Positions 53,329 to 63,854 are shown, numbered from the stretch's first letter. The stretch: 64,000 bases of DNA from a bacterium (GCA_963601575.1 CAVCFO010000003.1:33472-97471), one strand, 5' to 3'. Translations and numbers: made by a program. Notes: generated from the sequence alone by a model not told the origin.

Positions 53329-54207
53329 CTATTTTCCAAGGATATCCGAGAGATTTTCCTGAATCTTTTGTGCAACATCCGGCTTGTTCATTGAATAAAC
53401 ATGCACATTATTCACATTATTTGCATAAAGATCGATGATCTGGTCGGTCGCATAAGCGATTCCTGCCTGCTTCATTGCGGCAGGATCATGGCCGAACTTA
53501 TCCACGAGGCTCTTGAAACGCTGAGGAACATGCGAACCCGATAGCTTCAGTGCTCGCTCCACCTGATTGGCATTGGTAATTGGCATGATGCCGCAAACCA
53601 CGGGAACCGTGATTTGCGCTTCGCGAATTTTATAAAGAAAATTATAAAGCAGATTGTTATCAAAAAACATCTGGGTGGTCAAAAATTCGCAGCCTGCATC
53701 TACCTTTTCCTTGAGATATTTTATATCTTCCTTTTGGTTATGGCTCTCGGGATGTTTCTCCGGATAGCATGCACCGCCGATGCAAAAGTCATTGCCGCTT
53801 TCCCTGAGCTGGCGGATCAGGTCGATCGCATGGTGATAAGCCCAGGCGTCCCGGTGCGAAAGATCCATATCTTCGGGTATATCACCTCGAAGAGCCATCA
53901 CATTCTCGATGCCTGCTGAGCGTATTTCCTCGATTTTCTGTTGGACGGTTTCGTGCGTCGAAGAGACGCATGTGAGATGTGCGAGAGTCTGCACACCATA
54001 GGAATCCTTGATATTCTTCGCGATGTCGAGAGTATACCGGCTCGTGCCGCCGCCTGCTCCGTAGGTTACGCTGACAAAGGCAGGCCTGAGCTTTGCAATT
54101 TCCTCCGTAGCGCGTTTTACGCTATCGAATGCGGTATCCTGCTTCGGCGGGAATACCTCAAAGGAAAGAGAAAGTGTTTCTTGTTTCAATATGTTTATAA
54201 GCTTCAT
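53329..54207 (-). CDS. metF: 5,10-methylenetetrahydrofolate reductase
   Basis: LSFEVFPPK, VSVTYGAGG, HLTCV; AGGAGG RBS. Confidence 0.92.
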   Translation of the reverse strand: MKLINILKQETLSLSFEVFPPKQDTAFDSVKRATEEIAKLRPAFVSVTYGAGGGTSRYTLDIAKNIKDSYGVQTLAHLTCVSSTHETVQQKIEEIRSAGIENVMALRGDIPEDMDLSHRDAWAYHHAIDLIRQLRESGNDFCIGGACYPEKHPESHNQKEDIKYLKEKVDAGCEFLTTQMFFDNNLLYNFLYKIREAQITVPVVCGIMPITNANQVERALKLSGSHVPQRFKSLVDKFGHDPAAMKQAGIAYATDQIIDLYANNVNNVHVYSMNKPDVAQKIQENLSDILGK

Positions 54208-54258
54208 CTATATAGCCTCCTGCGTAGGTTTCGTTTCATTTAGGATTTTCATTTCATT

Positions 54259-54287
54259 ATTATACTATTAGCAGGATGATTTCGCAA
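54259..54287 (-). promoter_or_regulatory. sigma-A promoter of the metF-(activation protein)-metH operon
   Basis: Minus strand TTGCGA-17 nt-TATAAT, leaving only a ~45-nt leader. Confidence 0.55.
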
Positions 54288-54335
54288 GGAAAAACGGAAT
54301 TGAGAAAAAATCCTGAAAAAATTTCAAAAAAGGTA

Positions 54336-54364
54336 TTGCATTTTTATTCATAGAGGTGTATACT
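54336..54364 (+). promoter_or_regulatory. sigma-A promoter of the amino-acid ABC operon
   Basis: TTGCAT-17 nt-TATACT. Confidence 0.55.
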
Positions 54365-54402
54365 TAGCCATGTTGTTGGAAAACAGCAGATAAATTAGAA
54401 TA

Positions 54403-54450
54403 TACCCTTATTTGACAAGGACACGCACATGTTTTTGCCAAATAAGGGTA
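54403..54450 (+). promoter_or_regulatory. 12-bp perfect inverted repeat in the 5' leader of the amino-acid ABC operon
   Basis: TACCCTTATTTG-N24-CAAATAAGGGTA, ending 14 nt before the RBS. Confidence 0.5.
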
Positions 54451-54478
54451 AGATAAAACTTTGAAAGGAAGAAAAGAA

Positions 54479-55315
54479 ATGAAAACATCAAAAACACTCA
54501 AGAAAATTTTGGCAGTATCGCTTATCATGATCCTCGCTCTCTGCACGCTTACAGCTTGCGGTAGCGACGCAGAAGAAGAAACTCAGACAGAAGAGATGAC
54601 GACCCTCGTATTCGGCACATCCGCAGACTATGCTCCGTTCGAATTCATGTATCCTGATGAGAACGGCGAAATGGTTTATGGCGGCATCGATGTTGATGTT
54701 GCTCAATATATCGCAGATTACATGGGAGTAGAACTTCAGACAGAGAATATGTCTTTTGATAACCTTCTTACGGCTCTTGGCAAGGGACAGTTCGACATCG
54801 TCCTTGCTGACATCGAAGCGACAGACGAAAGAAAAGAAGCGGCTGACTTCTCCGATCCATATCTGACAGAGCTTGCTCCGCAGTTCCTCGTTAAGAAAGA
54901 AAATGCTGACCAGTACACATCTTACAGCGACTTCGAAGGCAAGACCATCGGTGCTCAGACAGCGACCACAAAGTATGAGATCATCAGCGAAATTGCCGAT
55001 GTAGACGCAGTTGCACTCCAGAGCGTTCTCGACCTTGTAAAAGAAGTTTCCTACGGAAAGGTTGACGCCATCCTCGTAGACGGTTCCGTAGCACAGCAAT
55101 ATCAGGCAAGCAACGATGACCTCGTAGCTCTCAGCTTTGACGAACTTGGCGATTCCGCAGAGGTTTGCGTAGCAGTTGCAAAGGGCGACCCTAAGGGACT
55201 CCTTCCTAAGATCAACGAGGCTATCGCAAAACTCACCGAAGAAAACAAAATCGAAGAGTTCAAGGCAAATGCAGAAGCCAAGGCTGACATCTTAGAAGAA
55301 GTTTCCGCAGAATAA
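54479..55315 (+). CDS. polar amino-acid ABC transporter substrate-binding lipoprotein
   Basis: Lipobox LALCTLTACGS and an SBP_bac_3-like body (LVFGTSADYAPFEF, FDIVLADI). ATG 54479 after the AAAGGAAG RBS is preferred over the TTG at 54461. Confidence 0.88.
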   Translation: MKTSKTLKKILAVSLIMILALCTLTACGSDAEEETQTEEMTTLVFGTSADYAPFEFMYPDENGEMVYGGIDVDVAQYIADYMGVELQTENMSFDNLLTALGKGQFDIVLADIEATDERKEAADFSDPYLTELAPQFLVKKENADQYTSYSDFEGKTIGAQTATTKYEIISEIADVDAVALQSVLDLVKEVSYGKVDAILVDGSVAQQYQASNDDLVALSFDELGDSAEVCVAVAKGDPKGLLPKINEAIAKLTEENKIEEFKANAEAKADILEEVSAE

Positions 55316-55356
55316 TAAGCGAAAATAATAAAGATATACAAAGTGTATGAAATGTG

Positions 55357-55392
55357 GTATACTAATCGCATAACTCCTTGCGGTTAGTATAC
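55357..55392 (+). other. intercistronic hairpin after the substrate-binding protein gene
   Basis: GTATACTAATCGCA-N8-TGCGGTTAGTATAC (14 bp, one G-U) followed by TTATTTAT. This is a typical SBP-transcript stabiliser or partial terminator. Confidence 0.55.
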
Positions 55393-55446
55393 TTATTTAT
55401 AACCGCATATATCAAAATTGAACGAACCGAGAAAGGAACAAAATCT

Positions 55447-56187
55447 ATGTTTTGGGATTGGTGGCAGAGTATATTTTCCGATATGCCTGCCTATGCTTTT
55501 TTTAACTTCAAGTTTTTACCCAAATATGGTCACGCAGTGCTTCAGGGTGTCGAATATACCCTGATTCTTTCTGTAGTATCTGTATTGCTGGCGGTGCTTC
55601 CGGCGCTGCTTCTTGCGACCATGCGACTCAGCAAAAGAAGACCGATAAGGTGGATCTCGGGGGCATATATTGCAGCCTTCCGTTCGACGCCTATGCTGGT
55701 TCAGCTTACGATCATCTATTTTGGCGTATTTAACTACATAACGGTGCCGAAGATGACGCTTTTTGGATTCATCGATTCAACCAGATTCGTACCCGGCATT
55801 GTGGCGCTGGCGCTGAATAGCTCCGCTTATGTTGCGGAGATTTTCCGTGCGGGAATTTTGGCAGTCGACAGCGGGCAGATGGAGGCGGCTCGCTCCCTTG
55901 GGCTTTCACAGTCCCAGAGCATGAAGCTGGTTATCCTGCCTCAGGCGATCAAAAACGTGCTTCCGGCCCTGGCAAATGAAGTGGTTACAATGATCAAGGA
56001 AAGCTCGATCTGTATGTTCATCGGCATGGCAGAAATCATGTGGACGGCGCAGATGATCGGCGGCTCCACATATATTTCCGTTGGACCGTTTATGCTGGCG
56101 GCGATTATTTACTTTATCATCAACTACCCGACCTCAAAGGTTATCGAACATATCGAAAGGAGGATGCGCCGTGGAGACAAACGCTAA
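55447..56187 (+). CDS. polar amino-acid ABC transporter permease (HisM/GlnP type)
   Basis: EAA-loop-like [22 protein letters not shown] and 5 TMs. ATG 55447 after the GAAAGGAA RBS. Confidence 0.9.
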   Translation: MFWDWWQSIFSDMPAYAFFNFKFLPKYGHAVLQGVEYTLILSVVSVLLAVLPALLLATMRLSKRRPIRWISGAYIAAFRSTPMLVQLTIIYFGVFNYITVPKMTLFGFIDSTRFVPGIVALALNSSAYVAEIFRAGILAVDSGQMEAARSLGLSQSQSMKLVILPQAIKNVLPALANEVVTMIKESSICMFIGMAEIMWTAQMIGGSTYISVGPFMLAAIIYFIINYPTSKVIEHIERRMRRGDKR

Positions 56188-56920
56188 CTTGATTATTTCA
56201 GTAAAAGACTTGGTAAAAGAATATAACGGCGGCAAAATCGTGGCGCTGAACCATTGCAATCTGGACGTGCAAAGGGGCGAAGTGGTGGCAATCATCGGCC
56301 CTTCGGGCTCCGGAAAATCCACACTGCTCAGAAGTCTCAATATGCTCGAAGAGCCTACATCGGGAGAAATATATTTTGACGGCGTGAATTTGGCTTCAAA
56401 GGATGTGGACATCAACCTCCACAGGCAGAAGATGGGGATGGTGTTCCAGCATTTCAACCTTTTCCCACATAAGACGGTAATCCAAAATATCATGATGGCG
56501 CCGGTGACCCTGAAGCTGATGAGCGAAACCGAGGCGAAGGAGACTGCCATGAAACTGCTGGCGAGGGTAGGACTGGAAGACAAGAAGGACGAGTTTCCCA
56601 ATATGCTTTCCGGCGGTCAGAAGCAGCGTATTGCAATCGTAAGAGCCCTTGCGATGCAGCCTGATGTGATGCTCTTTGACGAGCCCACCTCTGCCCTTGA
56701 CCCTGAGATGGTAGGAGAGGTTCTAGACGTAATGCGGGAGCTTGCCGCAGAGGGAATGACCATGATCGTCGTGACCCACGAAATGGGCTTTGCAAGAGAG
56801 GTTGCGGATCGGGTGATCTTTATGGCAGACGGCGCAATTGTCGAAGAGGGAAAGCCTGCTGAGCTCTTTGACAGCCCGAAAGAAGAAAGAACGAAAAGCT
56901 TCCTCGAAAAGGTACTCTAA
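56171..56920 (+). CDS. polar amino-acid ABC transporter ATP-binding protein
   Basis: [37 protein letters not shown] 56171 follows the GGAGG RBS; the ORF-track start at 56081 lies inside the permease gene. Confidence 0.9.
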   Translation: METNANLIISVKDLVKEYNGGKIVALNHCNLDVQRGEVVAIIGPSGSGKSTLLRSLNMLEEPTSGEIYFDGVNLASKDVDINLHRQKMGMVFQHFNLFPHKTVIQNIMMAPVTLKLMSETEAKETAMKLLARVGLEDKKDEFPNMLSGGQKQRIAIVRALAMQPDVMLFDEPTSALDPEMVGEVLDVMRELAAEGMTMIVVTHEMGFAREVADRVIFMADGAIVEEGKPAELFDSPKEERTKSFLEKVL

Positions 56921-58725
56921 AAATTATCCGTATATCCCGGAGCCTCCAAAAGATCGAAGTATTTTGCATGATACTTGCGATAGAGCTCATTGAAATGTTC
57001 ATCCTGGCCGCTGTGCAGATATTTCGTATAATCGTGCTGGTTCTGCACAGCTTTCGGCTCTGTGATGGCAAGAGTGTCGATGCCGATATTGGAACACTGG
57101 TCGGATATGCGCTCCACATTTACCAAGATATCGAGGAATGTGATGCCGCCGTGAACCGTGCAGTCTCCATTTTTGAAACGCTCGATATGATTGGAACGAA
57201 GCTGAGAAACGAGGTCGTCGATTACCTCTTCGAGCGGCTCGATTTTTTTTGCGGCTACCGCATCGAGCTTCGTGAACGCTTTGTAGGAGTAGTCGAGGAC
57301 CTGGGCGCAGGCTTCCCCAAGAACCGCAAGCTCCTGGTGGGCTACCGGAGAAAATTCTATATTCTTATCGGCAATTTCTGCTGCCGCCTCGGTTATATTC
57401 ATGGCATAGTCTCCGATTCTTTCAAATTCAGAGAAGCATTGTATGTAATAATTCAGTAGGTTGCTGTCTTCGCCCTTCGGAACATGTGGCGAGAAGCGGA
57501 TCATGTAATTGTCAACCTTGTCCGCCAGCATGTCTATATAATCTTCGTTTCTGTTTATCTCATCAACTGCCTCCCGGTCGTAATTGCGAATGGTCCTAAG
57601 CGAAACCTTTACGCCATAAACCGCAAGGGTCGCCATCTTTGAGATAACGCCGCTGATACTGGAAAGAGCAAGAGCCGGCGATGCGAAGAGCTTTTCGTCA
57701 AGCTGCTGAATTTCCTCGTCAATATCATTTGCAAATTTGTCGTCCTTGATGATGAGTTTTGCCAGCTTTTCAAACTGAAGCGACACAGGAAGAAGAACGA
57801 TTGCCGCAAAAAGCCTGAACAGCGTATGGGCGTTAGCGATGCCACCGGAGGTGATTCTTGCATTCCAGATTCCGTCTAGAACCCCGGTCTCGCGCAAAAT
57901 CATAATCGAGGCGATAACCAGCACGGATGCCGCAATATTAAACAGAATATGAATCATTCCGGTACGTTTTGCGTCAGCCTTTGAGCCGATGGAGCAGACG
58001 ATCGCCGTGGTAATGCAGTCCCCCATATTTACGCCTATGATTATAGCATAAACCGAGCTGAAAGTCAGGGCTCCGGTCACCGAAAGCGCCTGCAAAATAC
58101 CGATTGTAGCCGAAGAACTTTGAATAAGAAAAGCAGCCCCTGTTCCTACGAGAAAGCCAAGAACGGGCGTGTCCGCCATCTGGATGAAGAGCCTTGCGAA
58201 GGTCTCCGATTCTGAGAGAGGAGCCACCGCAGCCGTCATGTTGAGAAGTCCCGTAAATAGTATGCCAAATCCCATTGCCACCTTGCCGATGATGTCCGAC
58301 TTGGTGGAGCTTAGAGTCATGATGATAAGGATGCCGATTATCGCAGAAACCGGCGCTAACGTGGAGGGCTTGAAAATATTAAGCCACGAAGAAGCGTCGC
58401 CGTCTATATCCAGAAGTCTGATGATCTGCCCGGTAACCGTGGTTCCAACATTTGCACCCAGAATTATGCCTATGGACTGGCGAAGGGAGAGGATCCCTGC
58501 CCCTACAAGTCCCGAAGTAAGCACAATCGTTGCGGTGGAACTTTGGATAACCGCGGTAACCAAAAGCCCCAGCAAAAATCCTGTCAGAGGATTATTTGCC
58601 ACTTTTTCCATGAATTTTTTGAGGGTGCCGGAGGAGCCTTGCTGAAGCCCATCTCCCATGAGCCGCATACCGTAAAGAAACAGCGCAAGTCCGCCGAATA
58701 AAGAAATAAAGTCAAATATATTCAT
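56917..58725 (-). CDS. Na+/phosphate cotransporter family protein with C-terminal PhoU-like domains
   Basis: Duplicated Na_Pi_cotrans motif ([10 protein letters not shown] / [10 protein letters not shown]) with a PhoU-like helical C-terminus. ATG 58725 after the GGGAAGG RBS. Confidence 0.85.
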   Translation of the reverse strand: MNIFDFISLFGGLALFLYGMRLMGDGLQQGSSGTLKKFMEKVANNPLTGFLLGLLVTAVIQSSTATIVLTSGLVGAGILSLRQSIGIILGANVGTTVTGQIIRLLDIDGDASSWLNIFKPSTLAPVSAIIGILIIMTLSSTKSDIIGKVAMGFGILFTGLLNMTAAVAPLSESETFARLFIQMADTPVLGFLVGTGAAFLIQSSSATIGILQALSVTGALTFSSVYAIIIGVNMGDCITTAIVCSIGSKADAKRTGMIHILFNIAASVLVIASIMILRETGVLDGIWNARITSGGIANAHTLFRLFAAIVLLPVSLQFEKLAKLIIKDDKFANDIDEEIQQLDEKLFASPALALSSISGVISKMATLAVYGVKVSLRTIRNYDREAVDEINRNEDYIDMLADKVDNYMIRFSPHVPKGEDSNLLNYYIQCFSEFERIGDYAMNITEAAAEIADKNIEFSPVAHQELAVLGEACAQVLDYSYKAFTKLDAVAAKKIEPLEEVIDDLVSQLRSNHIERFKNGDCTVHGGITFLDILVNVERISDQCSNIGIDTLAITEPKAVQNQHDYTKYLHSGQDEHFNELYRKYHAKYFDLLEAPGYTDNF

Positions 58726-58777
58726 TTGTTGCCTTCCCGGCTTTTTCAAGCCTCCCCAATATATCGTAAAATATATG

Positions 58778-58796
58778 TTAAATCCAAATTAAATCC
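58778..58796. promoter_or_regulatory. 8-bp direct repeat TTAAATCC-AAA-TTAAATCC (11-bp phasing) between the Na/Pi cotransporter and BceAB-like genes
   Basis: Read directly. The geometry is typical of OmpR/PhoB-family response-regulator sites. Confidence 0.4.
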
Positions 58797-58966
58797 GTGT
58801 AAAACCCCGCTAACAGTCTAACAAAAAAATTAGCTAATATCAATAAAAGTTAAGAATTTGACAAGGAAACTGTGGTATACTTAAGATGTGAAAAAGGTCG
58901 GAGAGCTACGTGCATGACGACATGGGAAACAGAAAACGATAAATGAAAGTGCAGGGGGGAATGACA

Positions 58967-59728
58967 ATGAACATGCTAGAGGTTAGCGGGCTGAAAAAGA
59001 TCTATCAATCGCGATTTGGGGGAAACAAGGTGGAGGCGCTAAAGAATGTGAACTTTACCGTAGAAAAAGGCGAGTTTGTGGCAATCATGGGAGAATCAGG
59101 TTCTGGGAAAACCACTTTGCTCAACATTCTGGCGGCGCTTGACAAGGCGACGAGTGGACGGGTTATCTTGGAGGGAAAGGACATTTCCGCCATTGGGGAA
59201 TCCCGGGTTGCGGAATTTCGCCGGGACAATCTCGGATTTGTATTTCAGGATTTCAATCTTTTGGACACATTTTCTATCGAAGACAATATCTATCTGCCGC
59301 TGGTGCTTCAGGGAAAACGCTACGAGGAAATGCGGGATAAACTTGCGCCCATTGCAAAGAGATTGGGACTTACAGAGCTGCTGAGAAAATATCCTTACGA
59401 GGTATCAGGGGGACAAAAGCAGCGAGCGGCGGTAGCAAGAGCGCTTATCACAGACCCGAAAATCATCCTTGCGGACGAACCTACGGGAGCCCTTGATTCC
59501 AAGGCTTCTGACGAGCTTCTTGCGCTGCTAGAGGAAATCAACGGGGGCGGACAGACGATACTCATGGTAACCCACTCGGTAAAGGCGGCAAGCTTTGCTT
59601 CGAGAGTTTTGTTCATCAAGGACGGCGAGGTTTTCCATCAGATTTATAAGGGGGAGGACAGCAAGCATGCGCTGTACCAGAAAATTTCGCAGACCTTGAC
59701 AATTTTAGCAACGGGCGGTGAGAGATAA
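58967..59728 (+). CDS. ABC transporter ATP-binding protein, BceA/peptide-antibiotic resistance type
   Basis: [28 protein letters not shown]; overlaps the start of a 10-TM FtsX-type permease gene. Confidence 0.9.
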   Translation: MNMLEVSGLKKIYQSRFGGNKVEALKNVNFTVEKGEFVAIMGESGSGKTTLLNILAALDKATSGRVILEGKDISAIGESRVAEFRRDNLGFVFQDFNLLDTFSIEDNIYLPLVLQGKRYEEMRDKLAPIAKRLGLTELLRKYPYEVSGGQKQRAAVARALITDPKIILADEPTGALDSKASDELLALLEEINGGGQTILMVTHSVKAASFASRVLFIKDGEVFHQIYKGEDSKHALYQKISQTLTILATGGER

Positions 59729-61770
59729 TGAAGAGGGGATTTTATTATAGCCTTGCCTGCGACGGAATGAAAAAGAACCGGAAAATGTATCTGCCGTATA
59801 TTTTAACCTGCATCGGCATGGTGATGATGCTATATATCGTGCTTTATTTGCAAAATTCCGAGGCGGCGGCTAGCCTCGCCGCCGGAATCAGAACCACGAA
59901 ACTTACCATGGGACTTGGAGCTATTGTAATAACCGTATTTTCTGTGATTTTCCTGTTTTATACCAACTCGTTTTTGATGAGACGGCGCAGGAGAGAATTT
60001 GGGCTTTACAATATGCTCGGGATGAGCAAGAGAAATATTTGTCGCATACTGGCGTGGGAAGTTTTCATTACATTTGTGATTTCGCTTACTGCGGGACTTG
60101 CCCTAGGAATTGCATTTTCAAAGCTTGCGGAGCTTGCGCTGCTAAAAGTTCTTAACCTTGGGATTTCCTATGATATTTTTGTAAGCCTAGGGGCGCTCAC
60201 CCTTACGACTGCAGCTTTTGCGGGGATTTTCCTGCTCCTTATGCTCAACTCCGTAAGGCAGGTTCGTTTCAGCACGGCAATGGCGCTTATGCAGTCAGAA
60301 AATTACGGCGAAAGGCCGCCCAAGGCAAACTGGGCTTTCGGAATAGGCGGATTCTGCCTACTTGCAGCAGCATATTATATTGCACTTTCCGTAAGCGACC
60401 CGATTTCGGCGATGTTTTGGTTCTTCGGGGCGGTGATTATGGTGATAATCGCCACTTATATGATTTTCGTGGCAGGGGCTGTGATGCTATGCAAAATTTT
60501 GCAGAATAATAAAAAATATTATTACAAGGCCAGTCACTTCATCTCAACCTCTAACATGGCATACAGAATGAAGCGAAACGGTGCGGGGCTTGCATCGATC
60601 TGCATTCTTGCGACCATGGTGCTTGTGATGCTTTCATCCACAACGAGCCTGTATTTCGGCACGGCGAACTCGCTAAAAGTTAGCTACCCGCGGGAAATCA
60701 ATATAGGCTATTATATAAACGAAGCCGCCAAGCTTTCTGACGAAAATTTCGAGCTTTATACAGGCATTACGGACTTGCTTGCAAGGGAAAAGGGGGTAGT
60801 ACCGCAAAATGTTGAAAATTACAGGATTATAAGCAACTACGCGCTGGCATACGGCGACGGAGGCTTTGAAATATCGCCTGCAAATGCGGCTGGCAGCGAA
60901 AGAGATGCTCAGACTGCAAAGCTTTCTTTTATGCCCCTTTCGGACTATAACGCTATGACAGGCGGCAGTGCGAGCCTTTCCGAGGGCGAAGTTCTTGCAA
61001 GCGCTTTGCAGGGGGAATTTGCATCGGATGCGATAAATATTGAGAATATCGGAAGCTTTTCGGTGAAGGGCAGTGCGGAATTTGACGGTGCGAAAACCCT
61101 TGCTACCGGCGAAAATATGCCTGTAATTTTGATTGTAACGGATGATTTTGGCCAGATGGCGAAGAAGCTAGAAAAAGCCTGCGGAACCGACGAGTTTGGA
61201 AATTCAAAGTTTGCGGCGAGTATAGTCTATGACTTTGACACCGACGGGCTTTCGGATGAGGAACAGATTGCACTGGCAGACGCATTTACATCGGACCTTG
61301 GCAAGGCTTTCATGGATCGCGGCATTGAAGAATTTTCTTATTCTATGAGTACCTATGCGAAGAGCAGCGCGGAATTTTACGCAAGCTACGGCGGACTATT
61401 TTTCCTTGCGATTATGCTGAGCATCGTATTCATTTTCGCGGCAGTGCTGATCATCTACTACAAGCAGATTTCCGAGGGCTACGAAGACCGAAACAAATTT
61501 GCCATCATGCAAAAGGTGGGCATGACAAAGGCAGAAATCCGAAAGAGCATAAACTCACAGGTGCTCACAGTATTCGCTCTACCGCTTTTCATGGCGGCGC
61601 TGCACCTGCTATTTGCATTTCCGATGATAAAGAAGATTTTGCTTCTGTTTCAGCTCACAAATTCGCAGCTTTTCCTGATTACAACGGCGGTCAGCTTCTG
61701 CGCCTTTGCATTGCTCTACGTAATCGTTTATAGAATAACCTCGAAAGCATATTATAATATCGTAAGCTAA
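59728..61770 (+). CDS. BceB-like 10-TM FtsX-domain ABC permease with a large extracellular loop
   Basis: 680 aa. Two FtsX modules (TM1-4 and TM7-10) flank a ~220-aa loop between TM7 and TM8, the typical BceB/VraG architecture. Confidence 0.85.
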   Translation: MKRGFYYSLACDGMKKNRKMYLPYILTCIGMVMMLYIVLYLQNSEAAASLAAGIRTTKLTMGLGAIVITVFSVIFLFYTNSFLMRRRRREFGLYNMLGMSKRNICRILAWEVFITFVISLTAGLALGIAFSKLAELALLKVLNLGISYDIFVSLGALTLTTAAFAGIFLLLMLNSVRQVRFSTAMALMQSENYGERPPKANWAFGIGGFCLLAAAYYIALSVSDPISAMFWFFGAVIMVIIATYMIFVAGAVMLCKILQNNKKYYYKASHFISTSNMAYRMKRNGAGLASICILATMVLVMLSSTTSLYFGTANSLKVSYPREINIGYYINEAAKLSDENFELYTGITDLLAREKGVVPQNVENYRIISNYALAYGDGGFEISPANAAGSERDAQTAKLSFMPLSDYNAMTGGSASLSEGEVLASALQGEFASDAINIENIGSFSVKGSAEFDGAKTLATGENMPVILIVTDDFGQMAKKLEKACGTDEFGNSKFAASIVYDFDTDGLSDEEQIALADAFTSDLGKAFMDRGIEEFSYSMSTYAKSSAEFYASYGGLFFLAIMLSIVFIFAAVLIIYYKQISEGYEDRNKFAIMQKVGMTKAEIRKSINSQVLTVFALPLFMAALHLLFAFPMIKKILLLFQLTNSQLFLITTAVSFCAFALLYVIVYRITSKAYYNIVS

Positions 61771-61882
61771 CAGGACTTGCGCAAGGCCGCGCAAGAATAT
61801 GAAAAAGGCGATGAGTGGGGGTGTTTTCGGGCGGCGATGTATGTTATAATCATATGTAACATATCAAAAAAGAGGTATAAAC

Positions 61883-62734
61883 ATGTATCAACTATTCGAT
61901 TTTGAAAAGAGAGACTGCATCGTGCAGGGGTATCATTTCCCTTGCGAAAATCCAAGTCATGTGGTTTGCCTGATACACGGAATAGGTGAATATGCCGCCA
62001 GGTTCAGTCGCGTTGCGGAATACTTTAATAAAGCAGGAATCGCCGTGGTTTCTATGGACCTTCGGGGACACGGGCGCTCGCAGGGAGTGCGGGGAGCCTG
62101 CGCGCCGAGAGCGGAAGTTCTCAAAGATATCGACGCTTTGATTGAGTACGCTCAGGGATTTTATCCCGGAGTACCGATCGTAATGTATGGACACAGCATG
62201 GGCGGAAATATTACGCTTGATTATCGCGCCCGCGGAGGGCATAACGACGTGCCCGCAGGATATATTATCTCGGCGCCGTGGATTCGGCTTGTGCGCCCCG
62301 TAAGCGGCGGCCTTTTGACAGCGGTAAAGCTTCTGACAAAGGTCGCTCCGAACTTCAAAATCAAGTCCGAGTTTCCGGAAGAAAAGCTCGGCAATGTCAA
62401 ATATGTAAGGCCATATAAGAAAGACCCGTTTGTTCACCCATATGCGACGGCGCTCTGTGCCTACGAGGGGTTCACCATCGGAACAGCACTTGAAAAAGGC
62501 ACAAACGAGGATAACGGCAGGGCAAGGCACATCCCATGCCTTCTCATGCACGGCACGAAGGACTTGATATGTGACATCGAAGGTAGCAGGGAATTTGCAA
62601 GGCTACAGGATCCGAAAAGCTTCACGATGCTCGAGTGGCCGGGCTATTATCACGAGATCCATAACGGTGGCCCTGAGGGCGAAAACGGAGAAGCAGTGAT
62701 ACAAACTGCGATCGACTTCATAAAGGGCCTGTGA
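61883..62734 (+). CDS. alpha/beta hydrolase (lysophospholipase / monoacylglycerol-lipase-like)
   Basis: HGIGEYAARF oxyanion region, nucleophile elbow GHSMGG, late HGTKD and YHEIHN (His). Confidence 0.82.
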   Translation: MYQLFDFEKRDCIVQGYHFPCENPSHVVCLIHGIGEYAARFSRVAEYFNKAGIAVVSMDLRGHGRSQGVRGACAPRAEVLKDIDALIEYAQGFYPGVPIVMYGHSMGGNITLDYRARGGHNDVPAGYIISAPWIRLVRPVSGGLLTAVKLLTKVAPNFKIKSEFPEEKLGNVKYVRPYKKDPFVHPYATALCAYEGFTIGTALEKGTNEDNGRARHIPCLLMHGTKDLICDIEGSREFARLQDPKSFTMLEWPGYYHEIHNGGPEGENGEAVIQTAIDFIKGL

Positions 62735-62767
62735 TGAGAACTTTGAAAAAATGGGAGAAAACGGAGC

Positions 62768-63829
62768 ATGAACAATCAGGCTAACTTGACCGATTTGGAG
62801 TATAAAAAGCTAGAGAATTTCGTGACGGAGACGCTCGGCGAGCCGAAGTTTAGGGCAAAGCAGATTTTCGGCTGGATCTATGGAGGAATAGCAAAGGACG
62901 GGAGCCTGAGGCTAGGCGCAGAGTCGTTTGATGATATGAATAATTTGCCAAAGAGCCTGCGAGAGCGGCTTGCTCGCTCTGCGAGCCTTTCGCTGCCTGC
63001 GGTCTTGCGAGAGCAGGTCTCAAGGACTGACGGCACGCGCAAGTTCCTTTTCGCTCTCGCAGACGGAAACGCAGTCGAAAGCGTTTTCATGAAATACAAA
63101 TTCGGAAATTCGATCTGCGTTTCCTCGCAGGCGGGATGCAGAATGGGCTGCAGATTCTGCGCATCTACCATAGGCGGTCTGAAGCGGAATCTTTCGCCCG
63201 GAGAAATCGCCGGGCAGATACTTGCCGCACAGAGAAAGACAGGCGAGCGTATCAGCCATGTAGTCGTGATGGGAACGGGAGAGCCCTTTGACAACTATAA
63301 CAATTTGGCCTCGTTTATTCGCATCATAAACGACCCGAATGGCCTTGACATCGGAATGAGGAACATCACGGTTTCAACTTGCGGACTCGTTCCGAAAATT
63401 TTACAGTTTGCAGAGGATTTTCCGCAGGTAAACTTAGCAATCTCGCTTCATGCGGCAAATGACGAAATGCGAAGCGAAATCATGCCGATAAACAAAAAAT
63501 ATCCCATGGAAACCTTGCTTGCATCATGCAGAGAATATACAGAGAAAACCTCACGCCGCATTACATTTGAATATACATTGGTAAAGGGTGTCAATGACAG
63601 CACGGAGCATGCAAAGATGCTTGCTTCAAGGCTCTCCGGCATGCTCTGCCATGTGAATCTGATTCCGCTGAACAAGGTTGCGGAAACAGGATATGATACC
63701 GCAGAGCGCGGCGCGGTCTTGCATTTTCAGAAGGTGCTTAGCGAAAACGGCATCCCGGCAACGATTCGCAGGGAACTCGGCGACGATATCGACGCCGCCT
63801 GCGGCCAGCTCAGACTTGCCGCTAGGTAA
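62768..63829 (+). CDS. rlmN: 23S rRNA/tRNA adenine-C2 methyltransferase RlmN (radical SAM)
   Basis: FRAKQIFGWIY, radical-SAM CRMGCRFC, GEPFDNY, C-terminal DIDAACGQL. Confidence 0.93.
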   Translation: MNNQANLTDLEYKKLENFVTETLGEPKFRAKQIFGWIYGGIAKDGSLRLGAESFDDMNNLPKSLRERLARSASLSLPAVLREQVSRTDGTRKFLFALADGNAVESVFMKYKFGNSICVSSQAGCRMGCRFCASTIGGLKRNLSPGEIAGQILAAQRKTGERISHVVVMGTGEPFDNYNNLASFIRIINDPNGLDIGMRNITVSTCGLVPKILQFAEDFPQVNLAISLHAANDEMRSEIMPINKKYPMETLLASCREYTEKTSRRITFEYTLVKGVNDSTEHAKMLASRLSGMLCHVNLIPLNKVAETGYDTAERGAVLHFQKVLSENGIPATIRRELGDDIDAACGQLRLAAR

Positions 63830-63854
63830 TTACAAATAGTTTTTGCAATATCTA

